Source of the DNA: Oligoflexia bacterium
GTDB lineage: Bacteria; Bdellovibrionota; UBA1018
Length of the DNA stretch: 14,703 nt
Reading direction: 5' to 3'
Assembly: GCA_043732485.1 (NCBI GenBank)
Contig: JAYTHP010000088.1
Span: forward strand, 1 to 14,703
Within the stretch, counting starts at the first letter, position 1. Every line of letters starts with the position of its first letter. A program made the translations under genes and the position numbers. Under the pieces are notes generated by a model. That model worked only from the letters and a program-made list of their open reading frames with translations, was not told the origin of the DNA and did not search any database. Shown here in pieces: positions 1-6,440 of this stretch.

Positions 1-106
1 AAAAAAATGTGGATAACTATGTGGATAACGTGTGGATAACGTGTGGATAACTTTTCGCGTAAAAAGTTATCCACATAGTTATCCACATAGTTATCCACAT
101 TTTTTT
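1..106. repeat. Nested inverted repeat built from DnaA boxes
   Basis: 1-29 (AAAAAAATGTGGATAACTATGTGGATAAC) is the exact reverse complement of 78-106. 42-55 (TGTGGATAACTTTT) is the exact reverse complement of 62-75, around a 6-nt loop CGCGTA. Confidence 0.95.
8..99. promoter_or_regulatory. Cluster of 7 perfect DnaA boxes (TTATCCACA); candidate oriC or DnaA-box titration cluster
   Basis: TGTGGATAA at 8-16, 20-28, 31-39 and 42-50; TTATCCACA at 67-75, 79-87 and 91-99. AT-rich DNA follows (100-260), and dnaA ends 3.5 kb away. Confidence 0.9.
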
Positions 107-118
107 GAAAAAAACCAA

Positions 119-1317
119 TTTAGTCAAATGATTTTTCGCACTTTTGACCGACTAAACTATTTCGCTCAGATTTACTTCCGATCTTTTTAGTCACCCATTT
201 ACGAAAAACAGCCAAAAACAAGCATTTATAAAAAAAACAATTCACTCAACTATTTTTGACGCAAGACTGAAAAAGTCAGGATTAAAATCCGACCCAAAAG
301 GACGTTGAGGCCCTAAAAACGCCCTAACAGAAGACTAAAATAATCAACTATAGGGGCACTCAGCGGGGAGGCAAACGGCAAGAAAGGGGAAACGCACTCG
401 GGGACAGTGGTGCTTATTTTGGAGAAGAAGGGAGGAGCATCCCAGCTCCAGGGTTGCCGTTGTGGACCTAGGGGGCGGGAGATGGCTTCCAGAGGGCAGA
501 GGAGTTCACGCGCCTGGCCGCCGCGAGCTTCTGGGGCGAGATAAAGACGACATGGGGGGAGGATCGCTGTGGGGGGAGTAGCCTCCGAAGCAGCAGCGAA
601 AAAAAGGGACGTGACAAGTAAGCGCAATTGGCTGGGTGTGGGTGATGAGAAGACAGTTTTTGTCGGCTTTAATCTTGAGTATTTTAGTCAAAATTATAAT
701 TGAGTATTTTGATTTTTTTATGAAATCCCCTTTGATCTTCGAGGGATGGTTCTAGAATCTTTTTAGTCGGGTAAGGACTCATACAAGCCTGAAAGATTCA
801 GGTATCTAGCGCTTTACCTGACTAAAATGCATTGAAAGGGAGCTCGAGAGCGCACGCGGTTGCTTGTGAGTCACGGCGATCCCTGGCGACGGCAGCAGCG
901 GAGGGTGGTGTCGGTGGTTGGGATTTTGTCTTACGAACCCATTTTGGGCATTGTGCTGAGCGCGGACGCATGTTGGGTGATGCCTGCGTGCCCGTCTTTG
1001 GCGGTCACGCAGGCATCACGGCGGGTCTATTGGGGCAGGGTTGGTCTCCATGGCATCCAGGAAACGGTAAGGCGCCCTGCAGTCTGCGCAGGGCGGGCTG
1101 GCATGAGGGCCGTGACGCGCAGAAAACTGTTTGAGTCAGACTTAAGCTTGACCTTTTTGCTCAATCTTAAAGTGGAGTGTTCTTGTTTTTATCAAAAAAA
1201 TCCTTAAAAATTAACTAAAAAATGAGAGGACACTTAAAAAACACTTGAGTCGGATAAGGGCGATAAGCCGCCTCAAAGAGTCAGGTTTGGGGGCTTATCA
1301 CTGACTAAAGTACTCAA
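119..1317. repeat. Dispersed short repeat family TTKAGTC / GACTMAA, including 15-16 bp composite copies
   Basis: Exact TTTAGTC or GACTAAA at 119, 150, 186, 333, 683, 762, 820 and 1303; TTGAGTC at 1131 and 1245. TTGAGTATTTTAGTCA at 675-690(+) matches 1302-1317(-) at 15/16 and 333-347(-) at 14/15. ATCTTTTTAGTC is identical at 181-192 and 757-768. Confidence 0.8.
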
Positions 1318-1324
1318 CCAAAGC

Positions 1325-1348
1325 GATGCGATGCTGGATGCGATGCTG
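1325..1348 (+). repeat. Short tandem duplication GATGCGATGCTG x2
   Basis: GATGCGATGCTG at 1325-1336 and 1337-1348, with a further GATGCT at 1352-1357. Confidence 0.7.
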
Positions 1349-1576
1349 AGTGATGCTTGCGCAAGGCCAGTGCGCCAGTTACCCAAAGCCCGACGCTTGA
1401 GGTCAACATTTCCGAGCCGGGCTCGCCGGGGGGAGAGGTGTCAGTGATCCCACCCAAGTGAGCTGCGGCCCTCTCCGTTGCTGGTGCCCTCGTTCTTAGG
1501 CAAGCTTTTCCCCTTTTTTTCCCGGTAACTCAGCTCCGCTGCCGTGGGGCGGTCGCATCAAGGGTGGTTATTTTTG

Positions 1577-1609
1577 AAACCAAGCGGTTTGTTCCGCCTT
1601 CGGTTTTTT
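1577..1609 (+). terminator. Possible intrinsic terminator-like hairpin
   Basis: AAACCAAGCGG-tttgtt-CCGCCTTCGGTTT is an imperfect stem with two bulges running into a T6 tract. No upstream gene identified. Confidence 0.3.
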
Positions 1610-2007
1610 AAAAAAGATCCACAATTTTTCCGTGATCAACGACTCAGGGTTAATTTTGCGGAGCACAACAAAACGGATTTATCTATTAAGGATCGGGTGT
1701 GGGTTGGGTAGCGCTTTTTTGATCCTATTTTGCTTGAGGCTCATCGTTTTAACGAGCAAAGAAGTAAGAGGTAGTAACTGGTAAAACGAGTGTAGTGGAT
1801 GGAGTGCAGTGAAAGGCGGAGTAGCGATCAAGATTGCTTTTTTTTTCCAGTTTTTGGGCGATGGTGGCTGCTGACAAGCTTGCCTGAGGACGAGTCACAA
1901 GGCGAGAGAAAAAAGCTCTCGCTCTGCTTGGCTACCCTTCGTAGCTTTGCTTTGAGGAAGCCCTTAATTCTTCTGTCTTTCTATTGATTTTATGCTACAA
2001 AGCTCGG

Positions 2008-3291
2008 ATGACATTTAATTTAATGAAAAAATTAGAACTCCCCTCAGGTTTTGTCCGCGTTTGGCTGCAAGGGGTGGCATTACTCTGCGGGCTGAGTTTA
2101 TCTGTTCCTGGACCACTGAGTCTTGAGTCTCAGGCGTTGGCAGCGGACCATGTGCCAGACTTGCTGCAAGCGGGAGATGAGACGGGGGGAGGGGGTGCGG
2201 ACGCTCACGAGCCAGAAGGAGCGCGGCCAAGGCGTTTTGTGCGCGAAAATAGAGGGAAGAGACCAGGACGAGAAAAAGAGGAAGGGTTGCTGTCAGAAGA
2301 GACGTTCGCGGCGCTAAACAGCGGAAAACAGGATCGCTTGGGGGAGAAAAAGCCGGCTTTTGCGCGGGGAGTGCAAAGTGAGCCTCGCGATGTGTTTTCG
2401 CAACTGCCAGTTGAGCTAATTGAGGCGCAGCTTTATCCGAGGCTCAGTGTGCCGGAAGTGATTAATTTTGCTATAAAAAGCAAGCGCTGTTGGGATCGAT
2501 TGCCTGCCTATTTTCGTCTGCAGTCGGCCCGGGAGTGGATTCTATTGACCGATTTGAAAATAGAAGACTCTCAATGGGTCAGTTATTTTCAACACGCAGG
2601 GCCCCTTCATGACATCGAATCTTTGCGGTTAAGTTGTTGTAGGGTGAACTTAGGTTTACTGCCGCTGCTTCCTAAAACCCTCAAGAGTTTGGTGGTTTCT
2701 GACTTGAGGCATACCGATGGGACTCAGCTGAATCCGCGAGACGTGGAAGCTTTGGGCCAAGCGTTGTTTAAATTGCCTCATCTGCAGGTGCTGGTTTTGC
2801 GAAACAGCGTACCTTCGCAGAAGTCCCTGCAAGCGCTCAAGCTGGGGCGTCTTGCTCAGGTGCGAACCCTAGCTTTGCAGGGCTTTCGTCTGGGAGGGGT
2901 AGGCCACAAGTCTGTGGGCTTGGCGTCCTTAAAGCAGCTCGTCATTTTACGGTTGGTAAACTGTGATTTGGGATGTGATGGAGGTGCGGGCTTGCGGGCC
3001 TTCAGCTCGGCTTCCTTTCCTTGCTTGAAGAAACTTTGGCTCGACGGTAATCGCTTAGGGCCTGTAGGCGCAAGCGAGCTTCATTTGGAGAAACTAACGT
3101 GCTTGAGTGAGTTGAGTCTTGGTAGCAATCCCTTGGGAGCGGAAGGCATTCGCGCTTTAAGATTGGAGCAATTGCCCAGTCTCCAGGCTCTATTCGTTGA
3201 TTCCTGTCAACTCACTCAAGAAAACTTAGCGGAGCTGCGGGCCGCGTTACCCGCTTGCAAAATAATTACTCAGCCTCGAAAGGGGCGTTAG
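2008..3291 (+). CDS. Putatively secreted F-box-like / leucine-rich-repeat protein
   Basis: Long ORF; start is more likely ATG 2008 or 2023 than TTG 1984. Signal-peptide-like N-terminus ending ...SQALA/AD. F-box-like segment DVFSQLPVELIEAQLYPRLSVPEVINFAIKSKRCW (~2389-2502). About 8 LRRs, e.g. LKKLWLDGNRLG, LSELSLGSNPLG, LVILRLVNCDLG, LQALFVDSCQLT. Confidence 0.85.
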   Translation: MTFNLMKKLELPSGFVRVWLQGVALLCGLSLSVPGPLSLESQALAADHVPDLLQAGDETGGGGADAHEPEGARPRRFVRENRGKRPGREKEEGLLSEETFAALNSGKQDRLGEKKPAFARGVQSEPRDVFSQLPVELIEAQLYPRLSVPEVINFAIKSKRCWDRLPAYFRLQSAREWILLTDLKIEDSQWVSYFQHAGPLHDIESLRLSCCRVNLGLLPLLPKTLKSLVVSDLRHTDGTQLNPRDVEALGQALFKLPHLQVLVLRNSVPSQKSLQALKLGRLAQVRTLALQGFRLGGVGHKSVGLASLKQLVILRLVNCDLGCDGGAGLRAFSSASFPCLKKLWLDGNRLGPVGASELHLEKLTCLSELSLGSNPLGAEGIRALRLEQLPSLQALFVDSCQLTQENLAELRAALPACKIITQPRKGR

Positions 3292-3439
3292 GGTTGGTGG
3301 TGGTTTTTTTGAGGGGAGAGTTTTGGGAACTCGAGCGGAGGCCTGGTCTTTTAGCGAGTTAAGGTAGGAGGAGTCACTGAAAGGCCGGGAGAGCTGAAAT
3401 GGCCGCCTTCTTGTGGCATAAAGGTCCAAGTTTTTTGGC

Positions 3440-3466
3440 AGGCAAAGCCCTGTTTAGCCTTTGCCT
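3440..3466. terminator. Hairpin between the convergent F-box/LRR gene and tRNA-Gly
   Basis: 8-bp stem AGGCAAAG...CTTTGCCT with an 11-nt loop; T-rich sequence follows on the + strand. Confidence 0.35.
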
Positions 3467-3482
3467 TCTACTTGCTTTTTTT

Positions 3483-3559
3483 TGGAGCGGGTGATGGGGC
3501 TCGAACCCACGACCTCGAGCTTGGGAAGCTCGCGCTCTAGCCAACTGAGCTACACCCGC
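3483..3559 (-). tRNA. tRNA-Gly (anticodon CCC), CCA encoded
   Basis: Minus strand reads GCGGGTGTAGCTCAGTTGGCTAGAGCGCGAGCTTCCCAAGCTCGAGGTCGTGGGTTCGAGCCCCATCACCCGCTCCA (77 nt). Anticodon arm CGAGC-TTCCCAA-GCTCG, T-loop GTTCGA, acceptor stem GCGGGTG/CACCCGC. Confidence 0.97.
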
Positions 3560-3585
3560 CCATAAAAAAGCAATTTTATCAGGTT

Positions 3586-5106
3586 TTAAAGCAGATTTTG
3601 AATCGCTTCCACCGCTTCACGGATTTCTTGATCGCTCTCCAAGTTGGACTCAATCTTGGAGCAGGCATGCAAGATGGTGGTGTGATCTTTTCCGCCAAAA
3701 AACTGACCGATTTCTTTGAAGCCGATACTGGTATACTTCCTTATCAAAAACATCGCAATTTGTCTTGGAAAAGCGATGGAGTGCATGCGAGTGGTCGATT
3801 TGAGGTCTTGCACCCTGAGGTGGAAGTGCTTGGCCACCGCCTGCTGAATTGTCTCAATGGTAATGATCGAGCCTTCTTCTGGCACAATCGAGCGCAATTC
3901 GTGTTTTGCCATCTCTAAAGAGATCTCTGCGCCGCTTAACGACGATTGCGCCTGCAGTCTGATCAGCAAGCCCTCAAGCTCCCGCACGTTGGATTTAATG
4001 TGGGTGGCTAAAAACGTGGCCACGTCATCGGGCAAGTAAATGTCGTCCCGCTCGGCTTTGGTCTTTAAAATGGCAATGCGGGTTTCAATCTCAGGCGGAC
4101 TGATGTCAGCAACTAAGCCCCACTCAAAGCGAGTGCGCACCCGCTCGGCCAAGCCTTGGATCTCCTTCGGTGCGCGGTCACTGGTGACAATGATTTGACG
4201 CTTGGAGCTGTGCAGGGCATTAAAGGTATGAAAAAACTCCTCTTCACTGGTATTTTTACCGGCAATAAACTGGATATCGTCGATAAAAATCATGTCATAA
4301 CTGTCGCGGTATTTTGAGCGAAACTGTGGCATGCGGCGATGCTGCAAAGAGTCGATCAGTTCGTTCACGAACTTCTCAGCCGAGAGGTAAGCAACGCGGG
4401 CTTTCTTATGATGGGTCAGCGCATAGTTGCCAATGGCATGCAACAAATGGGTTTTTCCTAAGCCAGGAGGGCTGTAAAGGAATAAAGGGTTATATTGCTT
4501 GGCCGGTTGCTCGGCCACGGCAACGGCCGAGGCATGGGCAAATTGGTTACTGGCTCCGACCACAAAGCTGTCGAAAGTATAGCGCGGATCGAGGAGATTG
4601 TCGGGGCGAGTCTTAGTCGCCGGAGGATGGAGGATGCCCTGCTCGCGTGTGGGAGAAAACGGGGAAGTCGACGCGCTGCGCTTGCCGCGAGTGGAGGAGG
4701 ACAAGGAAGAAGAAGACGGCTCCTCCAGCACGCCTTCGCCGCCGCCGGGGGTCAGCCCTTTGTTTTTTGCGCTGGCCTCAAGATCGACACTTAAGTGCAA
4801 GCTGCACGTATAGCCACTCACCTGCGCGAAGGCTTCTTCAATGGTCTTTTGGAAGTGGTCGCGCACCCACTGCGCAGAAAAGTCGTTGGGCGCTAAAAGG
4901 TGCGCTTTGATTCCCTGATCTATTTGCTCAATTAAGACCAACTCGAGCGGTTGAATCCAAGCATCGATCTGGGTGCTGACGATGGAGTCTTCCAGGGTGC
5001 GGCAGGTGGCTTGCCACAGTTCCGGCCATTGCTCGGTATTAAGGTGAAGGGGCGAGTTCATAAGTGGGGCTCTCTTTAAGGGGGGGGCGATTTTACTAAC
5101 GAACAC
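3586..5106 (-). CDS. dnaA: Chromosomal replication initiator DnaA
   Basis: YTFDSFVVGASNQFA, Walker A PGLGKTHLL, Walker B FIDDIQF, EEFFHTFNAL, RFEWGL, SNVRELEG and domain IV FGGKDHTTILHA. GTG start with GAGGGAG upstream; alternative ATG at 5061. Confidence 0.98.
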   Translation of the reverse strand: MFVSKIAPPLKRAPLMNSPLHLNTEQWPELWQATCRTLEDSIVSTQIDAWIQPLELVLIEQIDQGIKAHLLAPNDFSAQWVRDHFQKTIEEAFAQVSGYTCSLHLSVDLEASAKNKGLTPGGGEGVLEEPSSSSLSSSTRGKRSASTSPFSPTREQGILHPPATKTRPDNLLDPRYTFDSFVVGASNQFAHASAVAVAEQPAKQYNPLFLYSPPGLGKTHLLHAIGNYALTHHKKARVAYLSAEKFVNELIDSLQHRRMPQFRSKYRDSYDMIFIDDIQFIAGKNTSEEEFFHTFNALHSSKRQIIVTSDRAPKEIQGLAERVRTRFEWGLVADISPPEIETRIAILKTKAERDDIYLPDDVATFLATHIKSNVRELEGLLIRLQAQSSLSGAEISLEMAKHELRSIVPEEGSIITIETIQQAVAKHFHLRVQDLKSTTRMHSIAFPRQIAMFLIRKYTSIGFKEIGQFFGGKDHTTILHACSKIESNLESDQEIREAVEAIQNLL

Positions 5107-5328
5107 CCCACTCCCTCGTACAAATAACGACGGAGGGTAGGCTTTAACAATTCGACAAGCCTCACCCTGAACCGTGTGAGGCTTTTAAGTGCTTCTGACC
5201 CTGAAATGGCAACAACGGAGCGAGCAACAAAGGCCACCCTCTCGTGTCAACAGCGACTTTTTGGGGCGACAAGCAGTGCCATCCCCCGAAGGTTTTTTGT
5301 ATCACGGAACTCATCTCTGAATCAAGGC

Positions 5329-5356
5329 TTGACAAGGGAGCAATTTCTGGGTTAAT
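5329..5356 (+). promoter_or_regulatory. Candidate sigma70 promoter for rpmH operon
   Basis: Perfect TTGACA at 5329-5334, then TGG-GTTAAT (imperfect extended -10, 16-bp spacer), ~45 bp upstream of the rpmH ATG. Confidence 0.45.
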
Positions 5357-5399
5357 CCTCAACCATTCTCAAATTTAAGATGTTTTGGAGCCTAAAGTT

Positions 5400-5549
5400 A
5401 TGAAGAGAACCTTTCAACCTAGCCGCACTAAAAGAAGACGACGCCACGGATTTCGCGCCCGCATGAAGACAGTGGGAGGACGCAACACGTTGCGCAGAAG
5501 ACGAGCCAAAGGCCGCAAGAAGCTTTCAGTGGAGATCGCTGGCAAGTAA
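5400..5549 (+). CDS. rpmH: 50S ribosomal protein L34
   Basis: Manual translation gives [49 protein letters not shown] (49 aa). GGAG RBS at 5387-5390; divergent from dnaA. Not in the ORF track. Confidence 0.97.
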   Translation: MKRTFQPSRTKRRRRHGFRARMKTVGGRNTLRRRRAKGRKKLSVEIAGK

Positions 5550-5558
5550 GAGTGCTAT

Positions 5559-5981
5559 TTGCGTGCTCAAGGACGTGAGAGCGCCGGCTCCCAAAAAAAC
5601 ATCCCTTCGCAAGCGCTAGGTGCTTACTCTCTGAGTTATGAGCATCGGTTGCATTACGCTTGGCAGTTTCGAAAGTTTTTTGAGGGCTCGGAGGTGCTTA
5701 AGCTTCGAGAATGCCGCATTTTTCGTATTCCCAATGATCAGCACCACTTTCGCTTAGGCATTACCTTGAAAGCACGGGGTTCCTCCGTAGATCGCAACCG
5801 CGTGAAGCGCACCATTCGCGAATCGCTGCGGGGACTTGCTCCAACCTTAGGGCCTTATGATTATAATGTCGTCATTCGCTCTGGTACCTCACTCGATTAT
5901 CGTTTTGCCGCTCGCCTTAGATTGTGCTTGCACTCCGAGCTGACAGAGGAGTTGCGTCGTGTCGCCCAAAAGCGTCTGTAG
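5559..5981 (+). CDS. rnpA: Ribonuclease P protein component
   Basis: RLGIT...SVDRNRVKRTIRES RNR motif; conserved position after rpmH. Start codon uncertain (TTG). Confidence 0.88.
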   Translation: MRAQGRESAGSQKNIPSQALGAYSLSYEHRLHYAWQFRKFFEGSEVLKLRECRIFRIPNDQHHFRLGITLKARGSSVDRNRVKRTIRESLRGLAPTLGPYDYNVVIRSGTSLDYRFAARLRLCLHSELTEELRRVAQKRL

Positions 5982-6288
5982 TCAGTGGCGATTGCAAGGT
6001 ATTTGGTTTTGGCAAAAAACGCTTTGGATCTCCTTTCGGGTCTACCGTTGGGGAATTTCGCCGCTTTTGCATGGATTCATGACGTCCGTCGCAGGCGCTC
6101 CGGCAGGGTGTAGGTTTCATCCCAGTTGCAGCGTCTATGCAGAAGAGGTTTTGGCGCGTTTTGGGGGCTTTCAGGGCATGAAGCTCACGCTCCTGAGGCT
6201 GGCGTGCTGTCATCCTTGGGCGGGGGCGGGCGATAGGAAAAGCGTTCGTCAGGCGTGCTCAGACAAGTCTGTGGGGGGAAAGACTTAA
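5959..6288 (+). CDS. yidD: Membrane protein insertion efficiency factor YidD
   Basis: YRWGISPLL...CRFHPSCSVYA...RLACCHPW motif; position between rnpA and yidC. Start uncertain. Confidence 0.9.
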   Translation: MSPKSVCSQWRLQGIWFWQKTLWISFRVYRWGISPLLHGFMTSVAGAPAGCRFHPSCSVYAEEVLARFGGFQGMKLTLLRLACCHPWAGAGDRKSVRQACSDKSVGGKT

Positions 6289-6440
6289 GATGATCGACGG
6301 GCGGGCTGTCGGGCGGCTACGACATTCTTGATAGCCCTCGACACGCACCTTCAATCTGCAATCCCCACTGATGAGCTGGAAAATCACCCAAAAAGTCCCC
6401 CAAAAGTTAAAAAACACGAGAAAGAGGAAATGGCATAGAC

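Noticed and set aside
8..99. Short regularly spaced repeats as a CRISPR array
   Set aside because: Units are 9-bp DnaA boxes with 2-3 bp spacers; no 25-45 bp repeats, unique spacers or cas genes.
1610..1830. Several GATC sites, E. coli 13-mer-like words and purine-rich triplets resembling DnaA-trios
   Set aside because: Matches are loose, the triplet phase breaks, and there is no adjacent good DnaA box.
313..1987. ORF-track ORFs 313-627, 506-691, 832-1134, 860-1207 and 1799-1987
   Set aside because: Short, mostly non-ATG starts, overlapping each other, with no recognisable motifs; treated as non-coding.
107..3482. Intact integrative element or prophage at tRNA-Gly
   Set aside because: No integrase, transposase, terminal repeats or duplicated tRNA 3' end found in the window.
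3598..4910. Plus-strand ORFs inside dnaA, and similar antisense or shadow ORFs inside yidC, mnmE, the acyl-CoA genes and the pilin gene
   Set aside because: They overlap well-supported genes and show no independent coding features.
5222..5250. Minus-strand TTGACA (5250-5245) as the dnaA promoter
   Set aside because: No acceptable -10 hexamer at 16-18 bp spacing.
6423..6440. ATG-GCA-TAG mini-ORF just before yidC
   Set aside because: The AGAGGA RBS is only 1 nt from this ATG and fits the yidC ATG better; likely chance.
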